A stretch of DNA of 64,000 nucleotides from an uncultured Desulfurococcaceae archaeon (GCA_964592745.1 CAZQFL010000001.1:12400-76399); one strand, 5' to 3'. Positions 18,341 to 28,221 are shown, counted from the first letter of the stretch. Notes: generated from the sequence alone by a model not told the origin. Numbers and translations: made by a program.

Positions 18341-19105
18341 TTGAGTAATGATCCAGCTACATGGGTTCATGAAGTTAGTAAGCCTGAATGGTGTTTTAGG
18401 TCCTTCATTTTCAATGTTCATGATAATATCATTAAGTTAAGCATGCCCGTAGGTGAGAAGTTATCCACTTTATGCATTGAAATTAGAGATGATAGTCTAA
18501 GAACCTATGGTTCTAAGGATGTTGAGAAGCTAATTAAGGAGTCTATGGAAACAGCATTAAGTATTAAGGGTGCTGGTGTAGACGTTTACTTAAAGACTCT
18601 ATTTTCAACCTTAATGAGTTATTATCATAAGGAATTAGCACTCATAGATCAGTATGTTGAGAAGGTTATAGACTCCATAATTGAGGGTAAGGGTGAGTTA
18701 GTGAGGCTTTACAGAGTATATAATAGAGCTGCTAGACTTCATAGAGCTGTTCATGGTTTGATATATGGTCTGCATAGGCTTGGTAGGCTTTATGAAGGTT
18801 TAGAGAGTCTAGTATCCGATGCTTTAACGTTGGAGGGTATGTATGGAACAACAATAGATAGGATAACTAATGCGTTTAACCTGCACTATACGGTAATAGG
18901 TGAGAGGACCAATAGTGTAGTAACGAAGCTCACAGTCATTTCAGCAATATTCCTACCCTTAACATTAATAGCTGGTATTTACGGAATGAACTTCAGGTAC
19001 ATGCCTGAACTAAACCATCCACTAGCTTATCCTCTAGTACTAATACTAATGGCGAGTATAGCATTAGGGGAGCTAGTATACTTTAAGAGGAAGAAATGGA
19101 TATAA
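18341..19105 (+). CDS. corA: CorA-family divalent cation transporter (short form)
   Basis: YGMNF (GMN motif) followed by two C-terminal TM helices. TTG start. Confidence 0.8.
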   Translation: MSNDPATWVHEVSKPEWCFRSFIFNVHDNIIKLSMPVGEKLSTLCIEIRDDSLRTYGSKDVEKLIKESMETALSIKGAGVDVYLKTLFSTLMSYYHKELALIDQYVEKVIDSIIEGKGELVRLYRVYNRAARLHRAVHGLIYGLHRLGRLYEGLESLVSDALTLEGMYGTTIDRITNAFNLHYTVIGERTNSVVTKLTVISAIFLPLTLIAGIYGMNFRYMPELNHPLAYPLVLILMASIALGELVYFKRKKWI

Positions 19106-19252
19106 AGTAAGTTAAATGAATAGCCTCCAATCCTTAATAATTAAAAACCATAATGTTGGCTTTAATATTAACTTCATTAAGTTCAATAGAACCTATATTA
19201 TGGTAGGTGGTGAGTAATAGAGGCAGATGATTTAAAATGCATCGCTGATGTT

Positions 19253-19732
19253 TTGAGAAGGGCTTTTCTTAAGGTTTTCGGTAATTACTTAGTATCTCTT
19301 GTTCTTTACGGATCATATGCTAGAGGTGATGCACGTCCTGATAGCGATATTGACTTAATAGTTGTTGTTGAGGATGATTTGAGTGATAGATTAAGAGTTC
19401 ATAAGCTAATTGATGATGTTGAAGACTTACTAATGAGGGAATTAAGAGATTACTTTAAGAGCAAGGGGTTAACCCCGATACTTTCACCTTACATCCTAAC
19501 TAGGTCTCAAGCAAGAATGTTTAGACCTCTTTATATTGATGTGATTTTTGATGCTATAATACTGTATGATAAGGATGGATTCATGAGTAAGGTCTTTAAA
19601 GCGGTTAAAGAGAAATTGAAGAGCTTGGGTGCTGTTAGGAGGAAGATAGGTAAGAAGTGGGTAGTCGTTCTGAAACCTCACTACCGTTTTGGTGAGGTAA
19701 TAGATTTTGGAGGTGAATTAGTGCATGAATAA
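19253..19732 (+). CDS. minimal nucleotidyltransferase (MNT antitoxin-type)
   Basis: LYGSYARGDARPDSDIDL (GS-x9-DxD NTase motif). TTG start. Confidence 0.8.
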   Translation: MRRAFLKVFGNYLVSLVLYGSYARGDARPDSDIDLIVVVEDDLSDRLRVHKLIDDVEDLLMRELRDYFKSKGLTPILSPYILTRSQARMFRPLYIDVIFDAIILYDKDGFMSKVFKAVKEKLKSLGAVRRKIGKKWVVVLKPHYRFGEVIDFGGELVHE

Positions 19733-20128
19733 TGTAGAATTAGCCTAATCATATATCGAGGAAGCTAAGAGGAGGTTAAAGACAGCTGAGATGGCATTAT
19801 CCGAAGATGCATATGCCTACTGCATAAGGCAATCACAAGAAGCTGTAGAGCTTCTCCTTAGCCTAAGTGGTATGATGTCGGACCAGTACTTATTGAGTAT
19901 AGTGATAGATTCCCTAGATGGTTCCGTAATGAGATACCACAATTAGCTGCGATATCTAGGTGGTTAAGAAGAGAGAGGGAGCCTTCAATATATGGTGATG
20001 AAGAATTAGGACTTCCACCTAATAGGCTGTATACTAAACCATACGCCGAGAAAGCATTAGAATCAGCCAATTACGTATATCGCGTAGTTACCAAACTTCT
20101 TAATGAATTAATCTATAAAGATATGTGA
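19725..20128 (+). pseudogene. HEPN-domain gene disrupted by an in-frame TAA and a 1-nt deletion
   Basis: ATG at 19725 overlaps the MNT stop. Reads MNNVELA-TAA(19746-19748)-SYIEEAKRRLKTAEMAL...AVELLL. The frame is lost near 19860 and resumes as PKWYDVGPVLIEY...LNELIYKDM-stop at 20126-20128. Confidence 0.65.
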
Positions 20129-20233
20129 TGAATAAATCACATCGAGAGATGGTGATTTACATAACCTCATTCGTAGTTTGGATATGGGGTTCTTGCTCGT
20201 TAACGTTAATAGGGTGTTTGAGCTATAGTTTTA

Positions 20234-20689
20234 TTGAGCATGAGGCTTAAGGTTAGAGTAAGACGTGGAGTGTCCGAGATTATTTCTATCGCTTTACTCG
20301 TACTTATGGCTGTAGCCTTAGGTACGACACTATACCTCATAGCTGCTAGTAATATAGGTAACCTTTACTGGAGGCTTAAGGTTCAGAGTGATTTAGCCAT
20401 GGCTAAACTAGCCTACATACCTGTATTAGACGCATTCTACGATAATGGATTAATAACTATAGTAATCTACGTACCTGACGATCTAGACTTTAACCCATAC
20501 TTCAAGACAGCATATGTTGACGGTGTTAAAGTACCAAGTAATAACCTTGTTGAGGGCTTTAACGAGGTAGTACCCTTAGATAGTGTGCATAAGTTAGTTA
20601 TTGAGTACCCATTAAGTAGTGGTACACATTTAGTTAAGATACTTGACTCCAACGGAGCTGAAGTTGAGGTGGTGATTAGTATTGGGTAA
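20234..20689 (+). CDS. small type IV pilin-like (class III signal peptide) protein
   Basis: Basic N-terminus, then RRG/VSEIISIALLVLMAVALG, which is a prepilin-peptidase-type site plus a hydrophobic helix. 151 aa. Confidence 0.7.
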   Translation: MSMRLKVRVRRGVSEIISIALLVLMAVALGTTLYLIAASNIGNLYWRLKVQSDLAMAKLAYIPVLDAFYDNGLITIVIYVPDDLDFNPYFKTAYVDGVKVPSNNLVEGFNEVVPLDSVHKLVIEYPLSSGTHLVKILDSNGAEVEVVISIG

Positions 20690-23387
20690 GGGTGTATCAA
20701 CAATTATTGCAGCGATATTTGTCATAATGATATTTATGCTCATATTCATATATCTAGCGTACACAATGAGAAATTTCGGAGACATAGCGAATAGATTCGT
20801 AGAGATAGTCAATGAGGCAGCAACAAGGGAGAAGGAATCATTAAGAGTGACCTACGTAGTAGTCAACAGTACAGGTATGTACCTAGGAATAAGGAATGAA
20901 GGGACAGTAACATCAATCATTAAGGGGTACAGCATTAGAGACCTAAACAATAACCAGGTATGGTATGGAACATTCACAAATCCGTACGTGATACCACCAG
21001 GGAGTAGCGTAGACATACACATACCGGGAAACTACAGACAAGACGCAACATACCTAATAACGCTAGTAACTGAGGTAGGGAATGTAGTAAGGACTAAGTA
21101 CCCACAACCAGTAACTAACATAACTAAAGCGTACCTACTAAAGCAGCAACTCCAGACAATAGCGGGAGAAGGAACAGTAACATGGGCAGGTCAAGCAATA
21201 ATACCAATACTGCACAACACAACATCAAATATAACGTACATAGAAATAAACAATGAAACATTAAGTAATTCCTATATATTAAAGGATGTAGATAATGATG
21301 CAGTAACAACAATATCACAAGAACTAAATACAGTAAAAATAATACAAAATAATGCCATATACTATGATGACTTCACGACAGACCCCTTCGAAGCAGGAAG
21401 GCTTAAAACGCAAACAGGCATATCCGGCTTTGCATCCGTAAGTGTAGATTACGATGACACATTACAAGTGATATATGTAAACTTATTTGCGGCAGCGACA
21501 GAGATATTACCGCGAACTAGTGCAGCTTATGCGTTACTCTACTATGAAAATATTAGTGTAGGTTATAAGAACTCATCTAAGATTTGGATAATGTATCATA
21601 CATGGTACCAAAGAACGTTCACTTCAGGAGGATCCGCTTATGCTTATACAAATGGCTCCTCAATTTACGGTATAGATAAACTTAATTATAATCTCAATTA
21701 TCATACTTTACTCTCAGAACATACTACTTCTCCATACTATTACTTCGGCATTAAAAGTAATTATACTGGAAGTTTAAACATAACTACATTACCATCCTTA
21801 CAGCAATATCCTAGTGAGAACTACACCATAATGGTCGAGTGGCTACCTCTTAATGGAATTCATAAGGTTTACCTTTATAACTTTACTAAATCTTCGTCTC
21901 TTTACGCATTTGTGAGCTTAAGTGATATATCATCTACTAAAGGATTAATAGGATTCTTTACGTATGCTAATGCAACAGTTAAAGGAAGAGGATACGCTAT
22001 CGCATATGTATATGTTACTTGGTATTTTGATAATTTAGTTGTTTCTAGGGCCAATCCTAGGTATTTAAATGTATCTGATATTCCTTCTGGTTGGTATGTT
22101 ATTATAAGGTCTGATACCTTGGGTGGTAATTATCTTGATAGTAGGTATGATGCAGTGCGCGTGAATGATACTTTAGTTTTTGATGTGATTAGGTACCCTA
22201 TATTGAGGAATGCATCTATTGAGGTTTACGACTCCTTCGGTAACTTGGTTACTTATGAAAACTTTACTGAACCCCTTATTGGTGGTAACGTCTATAGGTA
22301 TGTTCCCTACGTTGTAAATGCTACTGTTGTTACTGAGTCTAATGTTAACGTATCTAAGCTTTATGTATGTACATACCTTACAGCTAACACCTCTGTTAAT
22401 GTTACTTTAAGTCTATATAATTTTGCTTCATCTAACTATGACACTATCTATCAGGGATTTAATGCAAATTCACTAAGCATATGTGTCTTAGTACCCCGTC
22501 ATGAGAACTACATCAACGGTACTAACAATACAATCATAAACCTGCTTATTGAGTCCTTTGTGCCCTTTACTGTCAGTATTGATATGTTAAATACTAAGAT
22601 TACTTACTGTGTTCCTGAGGTTAAAGATGTTCTTATTGTTGGTGTTGGTGATACTTCCAGAGTTGATGTTTATGAATTAGGATTTAGTGGTACTGACCTC
22701 ACATTAAGTTATGTGGAAAGCTTAAATGTTCATTCATTATTTGATGGTTCTACCGATATTACTTATGATTCTGACGTCACTATGTCTTTGATTGTTGTTA
22801 ATGGTAGTGGTGTTTATAGTGTCTCCCTCTATAGTGGTAAGTTTAGTATCATTAATGACTCTCAACCCTACTTCCCACGGTCTGATTTAGTTGGTGTTAG
22901 GGCTGAGGTCTTGGACGGTAAGTTATTGGTTGTACGTGGCTTCACTAACGGTAATGACTACTTACTCATTGATTTATCTAGTGGTGATGTGGTTGTCTAC
23001 GGTAGTTTAGGTATCAGCATTAACTGCACTAAATATTGTGTCTCAGCTAGTGATGGTTCTAATGCCTATCTACTAGTACTTAATGCCTCCATAGGTAAGC
23101 CCGTAATTATGCGTTATAGTTTAGATAGTGGTTGGGAGGTATTAACGAACTTCACAGGCTATAAGTCTACAGGTATGTGTTTCGGTAACGGATACCTATA
23201 CATAATGCTGGAGATGGGCGGGCTTTACAGAGTATCAATTAGTGATAGCTCGTATGAGTCCATAAACGTCAACCTACCATTCTATCCTAGAGGCTTTGGT
23301 GATAGGTTAGAATACTACGCTGGTAACTTAATATTCGTTAGGGACGACGACACGACTGAGGTATGGGTTATATCACCTGTAGGGTGA
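20682..23387 (+). CDS. large (901 aa) secreted, N-glycosylation-sequon-rich protein with pilin-like class III signal
   Basis: MGKG/VSTIIAAIFVIMIFMLIF. More than 25 N-x-S/T sequons by eye. The C-terminal region has repeated beta-strand-like segments. Overlaps the upstream gene by 8 nt. Confidence 0.7.
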   Translation: MGKGVSTIIAAIFVIMIFMLIFIYLAYTMRNFGDIANRFVEIVNEAATREKESLRVTYVVVNSTGMYLGIRNEGTVTSIIKGYSIRDLNNNQVWYGTFTNPYVIPPGSSVDIHIPGNYRQDATYLITLVTEVGNVVRTKYPQPVTNITKAYLLKQQLQTIAGEGTVTWAGQAIIPILHNTTSNITYIEINNETLSNSYILKDVDNDAVTTISQELNTVKIIQNNAIYYDDFTTDPFEAGRLKTQTGISGFASVSVDYDDTLQVIYVNLFAAATEILPRTSAAYALLYYENISVGYKNSSKIWIMYHTWYQRTFTSGGSAYAYTNGSSIYGIDKLNYNLNYHTLLSEHTTSPYYYFGIKSNYTGSLNITTLPSLQQYPSENYTIMVEWLPLNGIHKVYLYNFTKSSSLYAFVSLSDISSTKGLIGFFTYANATVKGRGYAIAYVYVTWYFDNLVVSRANPRYLNVSDIPSGWYVIIRSDTLGGNYLDSRYDAVRVNDTLVFDVIRYPILRNASIEVYDSFGNLVTYENFTEPLIGGNVYRYVPYVVNATVVTESNVNVSKLYVCTYLTANTSVNVTLSLYNFASSNYDTIYQGFNANSLSICVLVPRHENYINGTNNTIINLLIESFVPFTVSIDMLNTKITYCVPEVKDVLIVGVGDTSRVDVYELGFSGTDLTLSYVESLNVHSLFDGSTDITYDSDVTMSLIVVNGSGVYSVSLYSGKFSIINDSQPYFPRSDLVGVRAEVLDGKLLVVRGFTNGNDYLLIDLSSGDVVVYGSLGISINCTKYCVSASDGSNAYLLVLNASIGKPVIMRYSLDSGWEVLTNFTGYKSTGMCFGNGYLYIMLEMGGLYRVSISDSSYESINVNLPFYPRGFGDRLEYYAGNLIFVRDDDTTEVWVISPVG

Positions 23388-23412
23388 ATACTACTTCACT
23401 ACTCTCTAGTCA

Positions 23413-23888
23413 TTGAATAGGTCTGATGTATTTAGTAATATTGATGAACTTATGAAAATCATGGAGAATTTCGAAATAAGTAGAACTGATTAATGAGTTA
23501 CTAAGTAAACTTAGCACCGAGATAAGCTATAGAGGTATCAAAAGACTTGTGCAACTAGTCATTTCAGGCACTACTAGATCTAGGCTTAATGGTTATCTCA
23601 GCATTAAAAGCTAGGAGACCCAGTGGGTATTCCGAAGTAGGCTACATACTTGAGGATCTAGGTCTGATTAATCCCGAAGATGCTGAGTTAATGAAGGGTA
23701 TGACTGATTTAGGAAACATACTTATTCACGCTTATGCAAGAGTTGACAGGAATAAAATTATTAAGGCATCCGAGGGACTTAAAGAGGACATACCTAGAAT
23801 AGTTAGTAAAATCATGGATAGACTTGAATTCAAGAATTTAGATCCTGGAGAGTGCATGATAAATAATGATGTAATTAACACTCTATAG
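23413..23888 (+). pseudogene. DUF86-type HEPN gene with two frameshifts
   Basis: Three pieces in three frames join into a normal DUF86 sequence: ...MKIMENFEI / VELINELLSKLSTEISYRGIKRLVQLVI / QALLDLGLMVISALKARRPSGY.... The RNase motif reads GNILIH rather than RNxxxH. Confidence 0.55.
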
Positions 23889-24170
23889 AAAATTCTTAAG
23901 GGTAGAGTCAGGGCTGCATTCCCATTCGGTGGTAGAGTTGAGGGTTACTGTATCAGATGTGATTACGATACAGCTATTCTAATGCCTAAAGAATACAATT
24001 TAATTGAAGTTGGTAAACTTCAAGTTGATATAGCTAAAGCCCTAGGTGTGGATGAGGAATTAATTAATTTAGTCGTACTGAACAATTCAAATCCCGAAAC
24101 AATTCTTGAGGCACTTGATGGACTACCAATAATTGTTGAGACTACAGTGAAGTACTCGATACCAAGGTGA
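23856..24170 (+). pseudogene. minimal nucleotidyltransferase gene with in-frame TAG
   Basis: MINNDVINTL-TAG(23886-23888)-KILKGRVRAAFPFGGRVEGYCIRCDYDTAIL.... The NTase motif (GG-x10-DYD) is retained. Only the 62-aa tail is an intact ORF. Confidence 0.55.
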
Positions 24171-24348
24171 AAGCGTTAATGGAGCTTCTCGACACGCATG
24201 AGTCTTATAGAATAATAAGTAAATAATTAATGTAATGATTATGAATATTCGAACATTACTTAAGTGTAGGTCTTACGTATGAATGTTTAACCTCATCGAT
24301 CAGATTAGTTCATATAGGGATTTCGTGATTACGTAGTGGGGTTCATAG

Positions 24349-25158
24349 GTGCGCATTGTGAGTTTATCACCATCCATAACTGATGTCTTAGTATCTATAG
24401 GTGCTAGTGACTCAATAGTTGGTGTTACACCATTCTGCAGACCTTGGCTTAATAAAGATATTAGAGAGCTAAATATTGTTGGTGACTACTTAAGAATTAG
24501 GATTGACGTACTTAAGAAGTTAAGACCTGATTATGTACTACTTCAAAGCCATGTTCATGATAAGTTATATAGTGAGTTAAGAAGTAAGGGATTTAATGTG
24601 GTTCTAATACCGCTTCCTGAATCTATGCTTGATGCACTTTCTAACATAGTGTTTATAGGGTCACTGCTGGATAGGAACTATGAATCTAGATCTTTAGTAG
24701 CTAAACTAATCGATCAGTTACATCCATTAATTAAGGATTCATATCTTAAACCATTAAGCAATAGGGTTAAGGTGTATATTGAATACCTATGGCCTAACTG
24801 GACGTACACTACTTCCGGAGCTTTAACATTCATTAATGATGAGGTATGGATAGCTGGCGGTCTGAACATATTCTATGATGTTATCAATAAATTCTTTACA
24901 CCTATAGATGAAGATGTGATAAGTAGGAGACCTAAGCTCATACTAGTAAGTGTTGAGTATACTATGAAGGTAGGTATTAATGAGTATCTTAAGAAGAGAA
25001 GCGTCATTAAGGAATTGTTTAGACAGGGCTGTAGGGTAGAGTTGATTAAGGAGTCAAGGGATGTTAACTTAGCTCATTGGGGTCCTACAGCTTTATTACC
25101 TACAGTCAAGGTTATAAGAAAGTTTATTGATGTTGTTAAAGCCAATTATTCATTGTGA
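24349..25158 (+). CDS. BtuF/FhuD-like (type 2) substrate-binding protein, orphan and without obvious signal peptide
   Basis: MRIVSLSPSITDVLVSIGASDSIVGVT is typical of cobalamin or siderophore binding proteins. No adjacent permease or ATPase. Confidence 0.65.
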   Translation: MRIVSLSPSITDVLVSIGASDSIVGVTPFCRPWLNKDIRELNIVGDYLRIRIDVLKKLRPDYVLLQSHVHDKLYSELRSKGFNVVLIPLPESMLDALSNIVFIGSLLDRNYESRSLVAKLIDQLHPLIKDSYLKPLSNRVKVYIEYLWPNWTYTTSGALTFINDEVWIAGGLNIFYDVINKFFTPIDEDVISRRPKLILVSVEYTMKVGINEYLKKRSVIKELFRQGCRVELIKESRDVNLAHWGPTALLPTVKVIRKFIDVVKANYSL

Positions 25159-25369
25159 TATCCTCACTTACTAATTACCCGCCAGCTCCCAATGTAAAGA
25201 TGCTTATTCTTGATTCACCACTTAACTCAACAACCTTATTTAAATTATCTTTTATTCACCACTATATCAGCTTCTTCAATAACTACAATTTTAATTAAAA
25301 GGATCGATAATACCTTAACCTTAATCCTAACGTTATTGCTTAAATTCCTCACAACGTCATCTCTCTGAC

Positions 25370-27283
25370 CTACCCTGATTGTAGGGCCTTTAACGCTTCA
25401 GGTATTGTGAACTCAAGTTTGAGTTCTTTAAGTTTATCAGGTAATGGTATACCATTCTTGCTCCATCTTCTTAATTCGTAATATTTATCTAACATAGTGT
25501 TTAATTCCTCAGCTGAGACTATGTACTCCTTGCCATCCCTTGTTTTAATCTTTTCATTCATTATTCTCCAGGGTAATGTATCATGTATTCTCCTTCTTCC
25601 TTCTCTCACTTGAATCATTCTCTCTAAAGTCACGATTCTCTCTCCATCAGTCAATATTGTTTTAGCGTCCTTCCCAATACCTGTTGCAGCAGTGAATAAT
25701 TCACTCATGAGGTATTCATCAACAGCGAAGCCAGCTGTAGTTATGAATGCGCAGAATCCTACACTATCAGTTATTGCGTACATCTCTTCATGCCATTTAA
25801 CGATTTCAGGTCTACCCTCAACCTTACCTACGCCAGCCCATTCCCTATGACCTGTTATTCTCTCTATCAACTTCTTAGCATCTTCAGTGAATCCAAACTC
25901 AGCAAATGTCTCAGTATGTAGGTGATCAGGACCTCTAGGGTTAAGTGCGAATGCTAAGGCATATGCCTTAGCTACCCTAGTATCAACTCTTGAGTGCTCA
26001 AGCCCATTAGCTTCAACAGCCCATTTACATGTTTCTGGATCTACCTTCCTACAGGCACGAGATAGACCCTCAGCTAGTAGATCACCAATACCTTCTCTTC
26101 TAGCTATCTTCTCAATAAGTTTCAATGCTGCTTCAACATTACCCCATATAGGTTCAGTACCTAACTCCTTCACTATCCCCTTTAAGTATCCCCTTTCATA
26201 AGTTTCCATAACCCATGCAATAACGCTGCCTAGTGAAATGGTATCTAAGCCGTAAATGTTTGCTAAATCATTCATCTTTATTAAGGCATCAGTGTCTGCA
26301 TTACCTATATTCCCGCCAAGTGCGTTAGAGGTCTCATACTCAGGACCTACTGTGTCAACACCTCCAAACTTATTGGTCTTGGTATGTCTATGACAGCTAA
26401 CTATGCATTGAGCACATCCAACCCTGCCTATGAGGTAGCCGGCCTCAACATAGTATTCACCTGAGTTCTTGTACGCGTGCTCCCAGTATGACTTTCTGAA
26501 GTTGTAAACAGGTAATGTACTAGTACTATCTAGACCCATAGTAGCACTAGCCGTACCGAACTTAGCTGTAGCTATTAAAGCCTCATCTTTCATTATATTC
26601 CTAACAACCTTCATAGCAAGTTCGTAATACTTCTTAGGATGAGCTACCTCAACATTTGTAGCACCCTTTGAGACTACAATACCCTTCAGTTTCTTAGATC
26701 CGAGTACAGCGCCTCCGCCACCTCTTGCAGCAACGTTATATATGGAGACATTAATTGAGGCATACTTAACTAATCTTTCACCGGCAGGTCCTATGAGTAG
26801 TGTATCCGCATGTACACCATGCCTCCTTATTAACTCATTATGGGCACTTCTAACATCTAATCCCCATAAATGTTTAGCAGATCTTATCTCAACATGATCT
26901 CCCTCAATATATATGTAAACAGGTTCCTCGGATGCTCCGTGGATAACTATTATGTCATACCCATTCATTTTAAGTTTTAAACCGAAATCACCACCAACAC
27001 TTGACTTAAAATACCTACCAGTTGCTGGACTCTTAAATGTAACAATAGTCCTACCAGCACTAGGCATTGGAGTACCTGTAAACGTCCCTGCACCCACCAT
27101 TAAGACATTGTCAGGAGCTAATGGGTCGGTACTAGGTTTAACTAAATCCCAATATAGTCTTGCCATAATACCTCTAGATCCTATGAACATGCTTAGCAAG
27201 TCATTACCGAACTTTTCAACCCATATCCTACCATTACTTAGATTCACATGAAGTATCTTACCATGAACTGCGTACATCTTCAA
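25370..27283 (-). CDS. aldehyde:ferredoxin oxidoreductase family (tungstopterin) enzyme
   Basis: 637 aa. N-terminal MYAVHGKILHVNLS... AOR fold start, CAQCIVSC cluster motif, DSVGFCAF motif. Confidence 0.9.
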   Translation of the reverse strand: MKMYAVHGKILHVNLSNGRIWVEKFGNDLLSMFIGSRGIMARLYWDLVKPSTDPLAPDNVLMVGAGTFTGTPMPSAGRTIVTFKSPATGRYFKSSVGGDFGLKLKMNGYDIIVIHGASEEPVYIYIEGDHVEIRSAKHLWGLDVRSAHNELIRRHGVHADTLLIGPAGERLVKYASINVSIYNVAARGGGGAVLGSKKLKGIVVSKGATNVEVAHPKKYYELAMKVVRNIMKDEALIATAKFGTASATMGLDSTSTLPVYNFRKSYWEHAYKNSGEYYVEAGYLIGRVGCAQCIVSCHRHTKTNKFGGVDTVGPEYETSNALGGNIGNADTDALIKMNDLANIYGLDTISLGSVIAWVMETYERGYLKGIVKELGTEPIWGNVEAALKLIEKIARREGIGDLLAEGLSRACRKVDPETCKWAVEANGLEHSRVDTRVAKAYALAFALNPRGPDHLHTETFAEFGFTEDAKKLIERITGHREWAGVGKVEGRPEIVKWHEEMYAITDSVGFCAFITTAGFAVDEYLMSELFTAATGIGKDAKTILTDGERIVTLERMIQVREGRRRIHDTLPWRIMNEKIKTRDGKEYIVSAEELNTMLDKYYELRRWSKNGIPLPDKLKELKLEFTIPEALKALQSG

Positions 27284-27287
27284 GCTA

Positions 27288-27806
27288 TCACCCCCTAAGC
27301 TCCTTCAAAACCTCTTTTAACTTAGTGAGTGATTGAGTAGCTAAAAGAAATCTCTCTTTACTAAAACTCTTTGTTAATTCAACTATTCGTAATGCCCCAG
27401 GCCAACAAACCTTAACACACTGAGGATCACCACCACATAAATCACATATTAATGGGTAAGCATAAACCTCAGGATTGAAGTTTATCGCATGGTAGGGACA
27501 TGCCTCAACACACTTACCACACTCAGCACCTAAACACTTACTCTCTATAATCTTAGGCATACCTGTCTTCTCATCCTTAACAATAGCTCCTGTAGGACAC
27601 ACCTTAGCGCAAGGCATTCCAGGGCATGAGATACACACCATAGGTATAAAGACGGCTTTAGCTTTATCCTTCCATATCACTATCCTAGATAATAGCGTTG
27701 ATGACTTACCAAAATGAGTGAAACTACATATTAACTCACATAAGTGGCATCCAGTGCACTTCCCTAAGTATTGAGAGGTATTTACTTCATAACCTTGACT
27801 AACCAA
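27288..27806 (-). CDS. 4x[4Fe-4S] polyferredoxin subunit
   Basis: Four Cys clusters (CTGCHLCELIC, CISCPGMPCAKVCP, CLGAECGKCVEACP, CDLCGGDPQCVKVC). Lies 4 nt upstream of the AOR gene. Confidence 0.85.
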   Translation of the reverse strand: MVSQGYEVNTSQYLGKCTGCHLCELICSFTHFGKSSTLLSRIVIWKDKAKAVFIPMVCISCPGMPCAKVCPTGAIVKDEKTGMPKIIESKCLGAECGKCVEACPYHAINFNPEVYAYPLICDLCGGDPQCVKVCWPGALRIVELTKSFSKERFLLATQSLTKLKEVLKELRG

Positions 27807-27928
27807 TTATACCTACCTCGACTACTTATAATGCTTAATAGATATAAGGGTAATGTTGAGATATTGAATAATTCTTAAATGTACTTTAACTAAGAAGTCT
27901 AAGGATTAGGTTTTAATTATTAATTATC

Positions 27929-28210
27929 TCATAAAAGAGTCTTAGACTTAAGTTTCTTCGTGGTAATAAGAACCAGGTAATCTTTCACTCCCTCAATACG
28001 GCTTAATTCGTCTAGTATCTTAATTAATTGTTCCTTGTTTCTAAATCTAAATCTTGCCATTATCTCATAGGGACCTAATACCTCGACTAACTCGTACAGT
28101 CTTCTGAACTTCATTATCCTCTTCTCTATGTCAGCCATTGCGGGTTTAGGTTCAACAGCTATTAGTATGTATGCCTCAATTACATTACTTGACTTCATGG
28201 ATGACACCAT
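27929..28210 (-). CDS. stand-alone RAM (Lrp/AsnC ligand-binding) domain protein
   Basis: 93 aa. The pattern AYILIAVEP...LVEVLGPYEIMARFRF...IEGVKDY matches the C-terminal half of Lrp proteins, and there is no HTH. Confidence 0.6.
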   Translation of the reverse strand: MVSSMKSSNVIEAYILIAVEPKPAMADIEKRIMKFRRLYELVEVLGPYEIMARFRFRNKEQLIKILDELSRIEGVKDYLVLITTKKLKSKTLL

Positions 28211-28221
28211 ACCTAAGCATT

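Noticed and set aside
20121-20175. GTGATGA C-box-like heptamer at the HEPN remnant stop, with a 7-bp hairpin ATGTGAT/ATCACAT.
   Set aside because: There is no CTGA D or D' box at the required spacing. It is probably just a hairpin at the gene end.
25213-25263. 10-nt direct repeat ATTCACCACT (25213-25222 and 25254-25263) in the 211-nt convergent intergenic region.
   Set aside because: There are only two copies and no further periodicity or pairing partner. It could be a gene remnant or chance, and I cannot assign a function.
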